This document shows positions 11,999-23,871 of a DNA stretch of 33,689 nucleotides, piece after piece. The DNA comes from Macrostomum lignano (lineage: Eukaryota): the NCBI GenBank assembly GCA_002269645.1, contig NIVC01004840.1:1-33689 (forward strand). Reading direction: 5' to 3'. Made by a program: the position numbers and the translations under genes. The number at the start of each line of letters is the position of its first letter. Position 1 is the first letter of the stretch. The notes beneath the pieces were generated by a model that was not told the origin of the DNA, made no database searches, and was given only the letters and a program-made list of their open reading frames with translations.

Positions 11999-12590
11999 TG
12001 GTGTCAGAGGAACACAGCTAACGATTAACTCCTTAACCGCATACATCATTCAGTCGCTATACAGCTAATAATCTAATTCAAAGCCGACGCTTCGATACAC
12101 ATGGCTGGCTGATACAGGAGAGTTGAAGCCACCAGCATCCATCGCATTCGATGAGAACAAATGAAGAAGTGAAAACATGAATTGCTGGTTTCGCGCTCTC
12201 CCTCACAGCCGTGAAGCGAGATAATGAAAGCGACGAGCTGAAGACCGCCATTCTGCTCACAGCACTTGGAAGGTCTTTCAAGGTCAAAACAGCAGCAGAG
12301 AAAACCAACATCAGAAACAGAAAGATTCCTCGCAAAACGCCACGCTAACACCAAACTTGACTCGATTCCCGAAAGCATGCAATTTTTTCAAAATTCGACA
12401 ATTAAGACAGCATGAGCACTACGATTAAAGTGCATCGCAACAGGTTACTCGGAGGGCACCAAGTGATTCAGCCACCCAGCCGAGTTGCATTCTGGTCAAG
12501 TTGTAAAGCTATCGGACAACTACAAAGAGAAAGCTGACAATCACCGAACTATCAGTTTATAATATTCGTGCCTACTGTGCGCAGAATTTT
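11999..12590 (+). mobile_element. Gypsy-like remnant family 1, copy 2
   Basis: Homologous to 2895-3500 with a small insertion (~12295) and a ~55-bp deletion (~12525). Confidence 0.55.
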
Positions 12591-12872
12591 TTAAGCAAAA
12601 ATTAAAATAAGTCAAACGAAAAGTAGCATAAGTGCCGAGTACTCGTACAGTACGCAATGTGACTACTGGGAAAAAAACTGAAAACATTTGGCAGCAACAG
12701 CTCATCAGTGCATCAACTTCCTCATGCATCCTAAAGGAAAGATTCAAGACAAAGCATAATTACATAGGAACAAAAAGCTGTTAAACGATTGCAAGTACTC
12801 GTACACTGAAAACGCCTGGAGCACAGAAAAACAAAGATCGTGTGTCCATTTCTACAATCACGGTGCGCAAAG

Positions 12873-13907
12873 TTAAATATTCGTGTGCACCCTGGAGTGC
12901 TTAGTGAGGTTGCTGCTTACACGAAATCTCTTGCCGCACACCATGCACTCAAACGGCTTTTCTCCTGTGTGAAGCCTTGAGTGGGAAGAGAGGCTGCCTG
13001 CTTGACTGAATCTTTTGCCGCAAACCTTGCACTCGAAAGGCTTTTCTCCTGTGTGAAGCCTAGAGTGCTGAGTGAGGCTGCTGCTGTCACTAAATCTCTT
13101 GCCGCACACATTGCACTCAAATGGCTTTTCTCCTGTGTGCAGCCTTGAGTGGGAAGAGAGATGGCTTGCTTGATTGAATCTTTTGCCGCAAACCTTGCAC
13201 TCGAAAGGCTTTTCTCCTGTGTGAAGCCTTGAGTGGGAAGAGAGGCTCCATGCTTGACTGAATCTCTTGCCGCACACATTGCACTCAAATGGCTTTTCTC
13301 CTGTGTGCAGCCTAGAGTGCTTAGTGAGGCTGCTGCTGTCACTAAATCTCTTGCCGCACACATTGCACTTGTGCGGTTTCGCCTTCATGTGCACTGCACT
13401 AATGTGAGCTTTGAGGTGGCTTTTTCTGGTGAACTTCTTCTGGCAAGTGTTGCACTGGAACGCCCTCTCGACAGCCTGAGCTTGACGTTGCCGTGTTGCA
13501 GCACTGTTCAAAGCTCGGGTCTTCCCGGCTGACTCGCACTCGTAACGCTTCGTCACTGCAGAACTGCCGGCTGCACACGGCTGCATCGCTGACTCATTGC
13601 GAGACTCGACCTGCTCGACCGCCGCCGCTCTGCCAGCTTCTGAGTTGGTCGCAGCCGCCTCCTCTGGCTCCGAGTCGCAGCCGATTCCGTGTGACCGCAC
13701 ATGATGCAAGTACTGCGCCGCTGCCGATCGGGTGCGGCAGAACCGCCTGGGACAAAAGGGGCAGGCGACAGAGCCCCGGCGCATCTCTGAGAAACTGTGG
13801 GGCTGCGATCTGTGCGGAGATGCCGATGCTCGAAGCGGGTTTCTGCCTGAGCTGCAATGCGGAGCGGTAGGGACTTCGTCACTTTGTGATCCGGAATGGA
13901 AAGACAT
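12873..13907 (-). CDS. C2H2 zinc-finger protein, gene 5 (class B 5' half, class C 3' flank), 7 fingers
   Basis: Intact ORF from the conserved ATG (MSFHSGSQSDEV) to HTNI*. Confidence 0.9.
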   Translation of the reverse strand: MSFHSGSQSDEVPTAPHCSSGRNPLRASASPHRSQPHSFSEMRRGSVACPFCPRRFCRTRSAAAQYLHHVRSHGIGCDSEPEEAAATNSEAGRAAAVEQVESRNESAMQPCAAGSSAVTKRYECESAGKTRALNSAATRQRQAQAVERAFQCNTCQKKFTRKSHLKAHISAVHMKAKPHKCNVCGKRFSDSSSLTKHSRLHTGEKPFECNVCGKRFSQAWSLSSHSRLHTGEKPFECKVCGKRFNQASHLSSHSRLHTGEKPFECNVCGKRFSDSSSLTQHSRLHTGEKPFECKVCGKRFSQAGSLSSHSRLHTGEKPFECMVCGKRFRVSSNLTKHSRVHTNI

Positions 13908-14152
13908 GCAAAGGAAATGAACATCCCCAATATCGAAAACATAGACAATTTCTGGGTTATATTGACAAATAAAAAGCATAATTTTTTATTTTATGAAAGT
14001 GATAAAAATCCCATGCATGCTTTACTTGAATTTAAGACAACCAATTGATGATGGATTTAACAGAGTGAAAATGTTGCTGCTAAACGGCATGATGTGCATG
14101 GTTAAATTTACACTGATGAGCAATCCTTGGCTCGTGAAAGATAGTGAGCCAA

Positions 14153-14685
14153 AGCCTTCCAGGTAAACTTCCTAACATACAAATTTTTCTTGATTTTTGC
14201 TCAATTCTTCCATTATCTCATTCAATTTTCTACTGGAGACCAGATACCAACAATTTCAACTATCACTGCATGGTCCTCACTTCGGTAAAATAGATTTACA
14301 ATAAAACAGTTTTTAGTTGCCTTATATATACCTAAACCGCTATCTAAGAGAGCAAGCTCCGTCCAGCCTCCAAAATCATTATCAAAGGCTTCGAGCTTGT
14401 CCGCCTGGATCGCGCGGGCCTGCAACAAAGGAGCTTACAACGTGACTTCCGATACTGGTGTGATGATGCCTTGGAAATTATATATACAGGACCCCTGAAC
14501 CATCAAGCTTCAGGGAAAGAATGACTCGAAAACAGGCTGGTTAATAGAAGCAAAGCCTGTTGTATATTTAAATATCGTACGCAACGCGACGATGCCGTTA
14601 AACAATTGTTTGAACAGTGCACGCTTACAGATCAAACCGAACTCAATCGGTGCTGTTATCATTTAACACCGCAGTCTCAACCAAT
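14153..14685 (+). mobile_element. LINE APE endonuclease fragment, copy 2
   Basis: Near-identical to 1720-2245; motif at ~14339-14415. Confidence 0.55.
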
Positions 14686-14801
14686 TTTACCGGGTTTCGA
14701 TTGGGGTTTTAGCTAAATCAAAATAAACAGTTTATTTTTATTATCGCTAGACTGCCTGGCAGGACCCATTGATTTCTGCCACTTGTACTGCAACTTTGCG
14801 C

Positions 14802-14920
14802 GACTGAACAATTTAAGGTGGATGCGCAAACCCGGAGCGAAATACTAAGCCGTAACAAAAAAGGTGGGTAGGCGGCCCCACCGGCTAAGACGAGGAAAGC
14901 TCAAAAGCCAGCCAATCGAA
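14802..14920 (-). promoter_or_regulatory. Candidate promoter upstream of gene 5
   Basis: Same motif block. Confidence 0.3.
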
Positions 14921-15330
14921 ACGAAATTTGGTGTCAGAATTTAAACATTTCTCAGCTGTCTGAGAGACCGGCTTATTGGAACTTTACTGGGACAGCATTT
15001 TTGACGAATGCACGATGTCAAATGCTTCTACAATCTGACGCGCCAACTCGGAGTTTAAAGGTGCAATTTCTAGATGGTGGAGAAGCTGGTAGCAATTATT
15101 CTATTGTAAAATATTTATGTAGCTAGGGATTCTCTCAAGTGCTAATGAACTGTACTGTCTTGCGCAATGTGAAAGATAGAGCTTGTGACAGGGACTACTG
15201 AGCACTCCCGACTATGCTCTATACTTTCATTTTCGAGCCGTCCTCTTTACGTGTTCATTCGAAAAACCGCTAATCGGAGACACAAGCCCATAGATTTGAG
15301 ATTTCATTACTAACACGACAACAAACAGCA

Positions 15331-15945
15331 TGGTGTCAGAGGAACACAGCTAACGATTAACTCCTTAACCGCATTAACCGCATACATCATTCAGTCGCTA
15401 TACAGCTAATTCAAAGCCGATGCTTCGATACACATGGCTGGCTGATACAGGAGAGTTGAAGCCACCAGCATCCATCGCATTCGATGAGAACAAATGAAGA
15501 AGTGAAAACATGAATTGCTGGTTTCGCGCTCTCCCTCACAGCCGCAAAGCGAGATAATGAAAGCGACGAGCTGAAGACCGCCATTCTGCTCACAGCACTT
15601 GGAAGGTCTTTCAAGGTCAAAACAGCAGAAACAGAAAGATTCCTCGCAAAACGCCACGCTAACACCAAACTTGACTCGATTCCCGAAAGCATGCAATTTT
15701 TTCAAAATTCCACAATTAAGACAGCATATGAGCACTACGATTAAAGTGCATCGAAACAGGTTACTCGGAGGGCACCAAGTGATTCAGCCACCCAGCCGAG
15801 TAGCATTCTGGTCAAGTTGTAAAGCTATCGGACAACTACAGATCGACCTAACTTTGGCAATTTGTGACTTCGCTAACTCATTAATTAGAAAGCTGACAAT
15901 CACCGAACTATCAGTTTATAATATTCGTGCCTACTGTGCGCAGAA
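15331..15945 (+). mobile_element. Gypsy-like remnant family 1, copy 3
   Basis: Homologous to 2895-3500. Confidence 0.55.
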
Positions 15946-16230
15946 TTTTTTAAGCAAAAATTAAAATAAGTCAAACGAGAAGTAGCATAAGTGCCGAGTA
16001 CTCGTACAGTACGCAATGTGACTACTGGGAAAAAACTGAAAACATTTGGCAGCAACAGCTCATCAGTGTATCAACTTCCTCATGCATCCTAAAGGAAAGA
16101 TTCAAGACAAAGCATAATTACATAGGAACAAAAAGCTGTTAAACGATTGCAAGTACTCGTACACTGAAAACGCCTGGAGCACAGAAAAACAAAGATCGTG
16201 TGTCCATTTCTACAATCACGATGCGCAAAG

Positions 16231-17478
16231 TTAAATATTCGTGTGCACCCTGGAGTGCTTAGTGAGGTTGCTGCTTACATGAAATCTCTTGCCGCACACC
16301 ATGCACTCAAACGGCTTTTCTCCTGTGTGAAGCCTAGAGTGCTTAGTGAGGCTGCTGCTGTCACTAAATCTCTTGCCGCACACCATGCACTCAAACGGCT
16401 TTTCTCCTGTGTGAAGCCTTGAGTGGGAAGAGAGGCTGCCTGCTTGATTGAATCTTTTGCCGCAAACCTTGCACTCGAAAGGCTTTTCTCCTGTGTGAAG
16501 CCTTGAGTGCTTAGTGAGGCTGCTGCTGTCACTAAATCTCTTGCCGCACACATTGCACTCAAATGGCTTTTCTCCTGTGTGCAGCCTTGAGTGCTTAGTA
16601 AGGCTGCTGCTGTCACTAAATCTCTTGCCGCACACATTGCACTCAAATGGCTTTTCTCCTGTGTGCAGCCTTGAGTGCTTAGTAAGGCTGCTGCTGTCAC
16701 TAAATCTCTTGCCGCACACATTGCACTCAAATGGCTTTTCTCCTGTGTGCAGCCTTGAGTGCTTAGTAAGGCTGCTGCTGTCACTAAATCTCTTGCCGCA
16801 CACATTGCACTCAAATGGCTTTTCTCCTGTGTGCAGCCTTGAGTGCTTAGTAAGGCTGCTGCTGTCACTAAATCTCTTGCCGCACACATTGCACTCAAAT
16901 GGCTTTTCTCCTGTGTGCACTCTAGAGTGTGTATTGAGGTCGCTGCTGAAACCGAATCTCTTGCCGCACACCTTGCACTCAAATGGCTTTTCTCCTGTGT
17001 GCACTCTAGAGTGTGTATTGAGGTCGCTGCTGAAACCGAATCTCTTGCCGCACACCTTGCACTTGTGCGGTTTCGCCTTCATGTGCACTGCACTAATGTG
17101 AGCTTTGAGGTGGTCTTTTCTGGTGAACTTCTTCTGGCAAGTGTTGCACTGGAACGCCCTCTCGACAGCCTGAGCTTGACGTTGCCGTGTTGCAGCACTG
17201 TTCAAAGCTCGGGTCTTCCCGGCTGACTCGCACTCTGGACTCTTCGTCACTGCAGAACTGCCGTCTGCACACGGCTGCATCGCTGACTCATTGCGAGACT
17301 CGACCTGCTCGACCGCCGCCGCTCTGCCAGCTTCTGAGTTGGTCGCAGCCACCTCCTCTGGCTCCGAGTCGCAGCCCATTCCGTGTGACCGCACATGATG
17401 CAAGTACTGCGCCGCTGCCGAACGGGTACGGCAGAACCGCCTGGGACAAAAGGGGCAGGCGACAGAGCCCCGGCGCAT
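16231..17478 (-). CDS. C2H2 zinc-finger protein, gene 6 (class C), 11 fingers
   Basis: 415-aa ORF; an in-frame TAG lies upstream, so the first usable ATG is MRRGSVAC; five tandem SDSSSLTKH fingers. Confidence 0.85.
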   Translation of the reverse strand: MRRGSVACPFCPRRFCRTRSAAAQYLHHVRSHGMGCDSEPEEVAATNSEAGRAAAVEQVESRNESAMQPCADGSSAVTKSPECESAGKTRALNSAATRQRQAQAVERAFQCNTCQKKFTRKDHLKAHISAVHMKAKPHKCKVCGKRFGFSSDLNTHSRVHTGEKPFECKVCGKRFGFSSDLNTHSRVHTGEKPFECNVCGKRFSDSSSLTKHSRLHTGEKPFECNVCGKRFSDSSSLTKHSRLHTGEKPFECNVCGKRFSDSSSLTKHSRLHTGEKPFECNVCGKRFSDSSSLTKHSRLHTGEKPFECNVCGKRFSDSSSLTKHSRLHTGEKPFECKVCGKRFNQAGSLSSHSRLHTGEKPFECMVCGKRFSDSSSLTKHSRLHTGEKPFECMVCGKRFHVSSNLTKHSRVHTNI

Positions 17479-18745
17479 CTCTGAGGAACTGTGGGGCTGC
17501 GATCTGTGCGGAGATGCCGATGCTCGAGGCCCGTCTCTGCCTAAGCTGGAATGTGGAGCAGTAGACTATCTTAATCACTTGTTGGATCCGTTTGTAAACT
17601 GGGATTGAAAACATCAAAAAGAACTAAACTACAAGTATGCTTTCTGATTTTGAGAACATAAAGACGATAGCTGGGTTACATCAACAAATAAATAGCCTAA
17701 CTTTATATAAACATCTATGAAAGTGATACATGTAAATATAGAATGCATGCTATACTTGAATTTGCAACAGTCAATTTTCGATGAAGATTCAAGCGTGTGA
17801 AAATCTTGCTGCTAATCGAGAATGTGCCCGGGTACATCTGCTGTACCGATAAGAAATCCTTGGCACTCGTCAGAAGGGCCTGCCATTGCACTCTTACTCC
17901 TTTCAGCCGCGTCTACACCAAACTCACCCAGTTACATCCCCTTCCCATTCTGTTTCAACGGTCCCTCTGCTGCATTCCAAATGCTGTCTACCCGTTTTAG
18001 ACGGCTCGGGAAATTAAAAAGGAGAACCCACTGCCCTAGACCTGGGAGCTTAGCATGAATGCATTTAAGCAAAGCAAAAAAGTGAAATTCCAACTCCATA
18101 GCTTATTTTACTAATGAAACTAATGAACAAGAGGATTATGAAGGCAAATTCATTCTCTAATAATAAGATTGTGCAGTCATCAGTGTAAGAGGCAACGGTG
18201 TGCTGAGGGGCAGTCATGGAAACGGTAATTTGGCTCAACCTGTTGACTGTCTTGGCAGCCATTAAAACCTACATTCTAGCTGCAACTCAACTCAACTTTT
18301 TTCCAAAGGACTCTGCGGCACGGCTCAGAGGTTCTCTCTGTCTCGCTGCCGCTCTGCTGCCCGGCTCGATGCCCTGACAGCTGAGCAATCATGCCAATGA
18401 CAACAGCTGCATTCGACATTTTACGTGGCCTATTAAAATCTCTATATCAAAACAATAATACAAACATCAAGACAAATATTAAAACAAAACAAAGACTTCA
18501 ATGCCACCGGTATAATTTATAAAAACAGCAAACATCAACTTCCTTTGGCAGCAACAGCTCATCAGTGCAACAACAATTTCCTAATGCATTCTTCAGAAAA
18601 ATTTAACAAAAATCATTAATACAAAGAACAAAAAGTTGTCAAGAGATTGCGAATAAATTGAAAACGCGTGGAGCACAGGAAGAACAAATATCCGGAGTCA
18701 ATTTCAGCGATCACATAACACGAAACTGAATATTCTCTACAAAAC

Positions 18746-19593
18746 CTACTGCTTGGAGTGCCTCTTCAGTATGCTGGCTTTATTTAGTATCTTGCTGCAC
18801 ACCTTGCACTCAAATAGCTTTCCTCCTGTATGCAGTCTTGAGTGAGAAGTGAGGTTGCTGCGGTGATGAAATCTCTTGCCGCACACCTTGCACTCAAATA
18901 GCTTTCCTCCTGTATGCAGTCTTGAGTGAGAAGTGAGGTTGCTGCGGTGATGAAATCTCTTGCCGCACACCTTGCAATCAAATGGCTTTTCTCCTGTGTG
19001 CAGCCTTGAGTGAGAAGTGAAGCTGTAACTGTACCTGAATCTCTTGCTGCACACCCTGCACTTAAATGGCTTTTCTCCTGTGTGCACCCTGCAGTGTGCA
19101 GTGAGGTTGCTCCTACGACGAAATCTCTTGCCGCACACCTTGCACTCAAATGGCTTTTCTCCTGTGTGCCGCCTCGAGTATGTAGTGAAGGCGCTGCTGA
19201 CATGGAATCTCTTGCCGCACACCTTGCACTTGTACGGTTTGCCTTCTTGTGCACTGCACTAATGTGAGCTTTGATATGGCTTTTTTTTGGTAAACTTCTT
19301 CTGGCAAGTGTCGCACTGGAACGGGCTCTCGATGCCCTGAGCTTGACGTTGCCATGTTGCAGCACTCTTTAAAGCTCGGGTGTTCCCGACCGCAAGTACT
19401 GCGCCGCTGCCGATCGGGTGCGGCAGAACCGTCTGGGACAAAAGGGGCAGGCGACAGAGCCCCGGTGCATCTCTGAGGAACTGTGGGGCTGCGATCTGTG
19501 CGGAGATGCCGATGCTCGAAGCCAGTCTCTGCCTGAGCTGCAATGCGGAGCGGTAGGGACTTCGTCACTTTGTGATCCGGAATTGAAAGACAT
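18746..19593 (-). pseudogene. C2H2 zinc-finger pseudogene, gene 7 (class D), 7 finger remnants
   Basis: Same N-terminal deletion as gene 3 (ORF 19369..19593 stops early), extra frameshifts around F1; fingers in ORF 18746..19222. Confidence 0.85.
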
Positions 19594-19994
19594 AAAAGGA
19601 AGTGAACTACACTTATAGCTGAGTCTTAAAGAAAAGTAAACAGACTAATTTTTAATGGACATTTTACTGGGTGAAAAGTTATTGCTAAACGGCAATGTGA
19701 CCGGGTACATCTGCATTGATGAGCAATCCTTAGCCCCCGGTTAGGAAGGCCGGCAGTGCATTTTTACCTCTCCCCGCCACGTCTACCCCAAACCGACCCA
19801 GTTTCTGTCTGTATCATCTTTCTGCGTTCCCAATTCTGCGTGCTTATTTGAGACGGCGGTTTAAGAAATTAAACAAAACGGCGCGTTTTAAGCTGCCGAG
19901 TGTCAATGTACATGTACATTATCATTTAGAACTGCTAGCTGAGCAGCACGATCGTGAAACTTCTGTCTGTTTGGCTCTGGACGAACTGAAAAAA

Positions 19995-20679
19995 CAAGGG
20001 CGTCACTGTCTTGAGGGAACCTGCGGGAGTCGCCCTGGACTGAAGGAATTTCCTAGGCATTTAGCGGATTGAAGCCGTCTGCAGAAAATTGGACATGAAA
20101 GACGAGAAGGTTGACGGAGTCTTACTCAAGACTGACTTTTTAAGCCTCATCATGGTGGTAGCCGCGTATGACAAATTAGGGAACTTCTTGGTCCCTCCGG
20201 CGAAGCTAGAGGTCAATGCATTCGAGAATCTAGAGGATGAAATCAAGTAGCTTGTCACCTCACAAAAACTTGTGCCTGAGCGTCACAGGTTTAACGTAGC
20301 GAAGCAAGACGAGTACCCATAAGCATATTTTGAGAACCGACTGCGAGACTGCGACAGATGTGGCATTTGAATACATTCTGCAAGAAGCTCTAAGAGACCA
20401 GCCGGACTGTGCAATGCCTCCGTGGTGAAAGAACTGATTATTAAAGGCCCGTTAACATTGATGCTTGCGGTGGAGACTGCTGCAGCGCAAAAGCAAGTCA
20501 GTAAGAGTGCCTTGACCTCAAGGAAAGTTGGAAGCAGTCAGTTCAACAAAGGACAAAATGCGACATCAAAGCAGTGCTCAAGGCCAAATGCGCATTTCGG
20601 GCAAGGCCTGCAGTTTTTTTATGAAGAAGCATCTGCCAGAGTCATGCCTGGCATGTGGAGCCAAGTGTCGAAACTGTGA
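19995..20679 (+). mobile_element. Gypsy-like gag remnant family 2, copy 2
   Basis: Near-identical to 7230-7922 (7-bp deletion at ~20400). Confidence 0.7.
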
Positions 20680-21008
20680 GAGAATTACTTGAAGGACTTG
20701 GGAGCTGAGCATAAGTGCCTCTGAGAAATGTTTTACACAACAGCAATCGCATTTACCACTCTGTAGTTTACGAGTATTCGGTAGGTGAAAATTAAATAAG
20801 AGAAGGGTAGTGATTGGAACACTATCAAAACAATTTCATTCTTTAGTAAGTTATTTAATAGTTAAAAAATCATCTAATAGGATAAATTCTAAAAAGGTGC
20901 AATGGCAGAGGAAATGGGTTAAGAGAAGTTGCTGAACAGTTAGCAGGGTAGGTAGGGTGAAAATTGGAGTAGCAGGGTGACTGGTAGAGTGGCAGTGGAG
21001 TCCTAGGC

Positions 21009-21860
21009 TGGCTAGGGAGAGTCTTAGGGTGGTTTGGGTGAGTGATAGGGTGGCTAGGGAGAGTCTTAGGGTGATTTGGGTGAGTGATAGGGTGGCTAGG
21101 GAGAGTCTTAGGGTGGTTTGGGTGAGTGATAGGGTGGCTAGGGAGAGTCTTAGGGTGGTTTGGGTGAGTGATAGGGTGGCTAGGGAGAGTCTTAGGGTGG
21201 TTTGGGTGAGTGATAGGGTGGCTAGGGAGAGTCTTAGGATGGTTTGGGTGAGTGATAGGGTGGCTAGGGAGAGTCTTAGGGTGGTTTGGGTGAGTGATAG
21301 GGTGGCTAAGGAGAGTCTTAGGATGGTTTGGGTGAGTGATAGGGTGGCTAGGGAGAGTCTTAGGGTGGTTTGGGTGAGTGATAGGGTGGCTAGGGAGAGT
21401 CTTAGGGTGATTTGGGTGAGTGATAGGGTGGCTAGGGAGAGTCTTAGGGTGGTTTGGGTGAGTGATAGGGTGGCTAGGGAGAGTCTTAGGGTGGTTTGGG
21501 TGAGTGATAGGGTGGCTAGGGAGAGTCTTAGGGTGGTTTGGGTGAGTGATAGGGTGGCTAGGGAGAGTCTTAGGGTGGTTTGGGTGAGTGATAGGGTGGC
21601 TAGGGAGAGTCTTAGGGTGGGTTGGGTGAGTGATAGGGTGGCTAGGGAGAGTCTTAGGGTGGGTTGGGTGAGTGATAGGGTGGCTAGGGAGAGTCTTAGG
21701 GTGGGTTGGGTGAGTGATAGGGTGGCTAGGGAGAGTCTTAGGGTGGGTTGGGTGAGTGATAGGGTGGCTAGGGAGAGTCTTAGGGTGGGTTGGGTGAGTG
21801 ATAGGGTGGCTAGGGAGAGTCTTAGGGTGGGTTGGGTGAGTGATAGGGTGGCTAGGGAGA
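21009..21860 (+). repeat. 42-bp G-rich satellite, ~20 units
   Basis: Same unit and same flanks as 8251-10234, no indels. Confidence 0.97.
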
Positions 21861-22851
21861 GGAGACAGCTGCATTCCACAGTTTACCTGTGACGAAACTG
21901 GGGTCGGTCCGGGTGCCCAACCCAAGTACTATAGGAAAAGTAGGAAAAGACGTAAAATAAGGAACTCCTGACATATCAAGCTATCAAACTCAAACTATTG
22001 CTGCTGAAGCAATTGCTCTAAACTATTGTCTTTTATACCACAGAGTCAACTAATTTTACCCGACTTTGATTGGTGCTTCGGCCAAATCAAAAAAGTTTAG
22101 TTTACCTCTGAGAGGCTTTTCATATTGCTTGTTCTGATTCTAGAACCAGAACCAATTTGTAAAGTATAACTTTTTGTCTCCTTAACTAGAGGGATAAGCA
22201 GTAAGCAGTAAGCAACTTAACGGCGTAAGCAGTGTGAGACTCTCCTGCCCTGACAGACCCCCGAGGGCCCATGCACTACACGTGGTTTGTTAATATTAAT
22301 ATAAAAAATCAACAAATCCAGACAGACATAAAAAAATAACAAGTGAAGATTGCCATGCTGCAAGTGTAATTCGAAAATACATGAAGAAAAAACAAGTTTT
22401 GAGATCAAATTTTAGCTTGGTCTTTACAAAATTCAATCGCGGAGACACTATAATAACAATGATTACAGAAATTCTTGTAGGAGTAAAATAAGTCAAACGT
22501 AAAATATGGGTGCTGAGTAATACAGAAAATAATGAAATAAGAAGCAAACAACAAATTGAAACCTTTGGCAGCAACAAGAATTAAACACTGGTCTACCAGT
22601 GCAGTCAATGAAGGTGCTTAATTAAAACAGAAAATGCTTCAAACCAATCAGTGGCTACTGACACTGATCAACTGACCATTGGTTTAGATACGGTATGCAT
22701 TACTTTTGGACAATTCAAGGATGATCATTAAAATTTACGGACAAAAAGGCTGTTAATGGATTGCCAGTGACTTAAAAACGCGTGGCGAACACTCAGAACT
22801 CTGACCCCGAAGTTCACTTCTGCAGCCACGGAGGGCAAAGTTTAATATTCG

Positions 22852-23871
22852 TTACACAATGTGCCGATTAGCGTGCGTTTTCTGATGGCTGCCTCGATTA
22901 AATCGCTTGCACTCAAATGGCTTTTCTCCTGTGTGAACTCTAGAGTGCATAGTGAGGTTGGAGATTTGAGTAAATCGCTTGCCGCACACCTTGCACTCAA
23001 ATGGTTTTTCTCCTGTGTGAAGCCTAGAGTGCTTAGTGAGGCTGCTACTGACACTAAATCTCTTGCCGCACACCTTGCACTCAAATGGTTTTTCTCCTGT
23101 GTGCAGCCTTGAGTGAGAAGAGAGGTTGCTGCTGAAACCGAATCTCTTGCCGCACACCTTGCACTCAAATGGCTTTTCTCCTGTGTGCCGCCTCGAGTAT
23201 GTAGTGAAGGCGCTGCTGACATGGAATCTCTTGCCGCACACATTGCACTCAAATGGCTTTTCTCCTGTGTGCACTCTATAGTGTGTAGTGAGGGCGCTGC
23301 TGAAACCGAATCTCTTGCCGCACACCTTGCACTTGTACGGTTTCGCCTTCATGTGCACTGCACTAATGTGAGCTTTGAGGTGGCATTTTCTGGTGAGCTT
23401 CTTCTGGCAAGTGTCGCACTGGAACACCCTCTCGACACCCTGAGCTTGACGTTGCCGTGTTGCAGCACTCTTTGAAGCTCGGGTGTTCCCGGCTGACTCG
23501 CACTCCGGACTCTTCGTCACTGCAGAACTGCCGGCTGCACACGGCTGCATCGCTGACTCATTGCGAGACTCGACCTGCTCGACCGCTGCCGCTCTGCCAG
23601 CTTCTGAGTTGGTCGCAGCCGCCTCCTCTGGCTCCGAGTCGCAGCCGATTCCGTGTGACCGCACATGACGCAAGTACTGCGCCGCTGCCGATCGGGTGCG
23701 GCAGAACCGCCTGGGACAAAAGGGGCAGGCGACAGAGCCCCGGCGCATCTCTGAGAAACTGTGGGGCTGAGATCTGTGCGGAGATGCCGATGCTCGAAGC
23801 CCGTCTCTGCCTGAGCTGCAATGCGGAGCGGTAGGGACTTCGTCACTTTGTGATCCGGAATGGAAAGACAT
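22852..23871 (-). CDS. C2H2 zinc-finger protein, gene 8 (class A), 6 fingers (one His>Tyr) plus terminal finger lacking a Cys
   Basis: Intact 339-aa ORF from the conserved ATG MSFHSGSQ. Confidence 0.9.
   Translation of the reverse strand: MSFHSGSQSDEVPTAPHCSSGRDGLRASASPHRSQPHSFSEMRRGSVACPFCPRRFCRTRSAAAQYLRHVRSHGIGCDSEPEEAAATNSEAGRAAAVEQVESRNESAMQPCAAGSSAVTKSPECESAGNTRASKSAATRQRQAQGVERVFQCDTCQKKLTRKCHLKAHISAVHMKAKPYKCKVCGKRFGFSSALTTHYRVHTGEKPFECNVCGKRFHVSSAFTTYSRRHTGEKPFECKVCGKRFGFSSNLSSHSRLHTGEKPFECKVCGKRFSVSSSLTKHSRLHTGEKPFECKVCGKRFTQISNLTMHSRVHTGEKPFECKRFNRGSHQKTHANRHIV

Larger units (their letters stand above)
10945..22406. repeat. Higher-order tandem unit, copy 2 (truncated A, B/C chimera, C, D, Gypsy remnant, satellite)
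   Basis: Same anchor sequence and block order as copy 1, with internal deletion/duplication at 11862. Confidence 0.9.

Noticed and set aside
14222-14428. 68-aa - strand ORF repeated at 25846
   Set aside because: Antisense to the LINE-like fragment; conserved only by recent duplication
20851-21925. 287-351 aa ORFs of 14-aa repeats (LSLATLSLTQTTLR, TLPSHPITHPNHPK, VWVSDRVARESLR)
   Set aside because: A 42-bp unit is a multiple of 3 and stop-free in several frames; the sister array is riddled with indels
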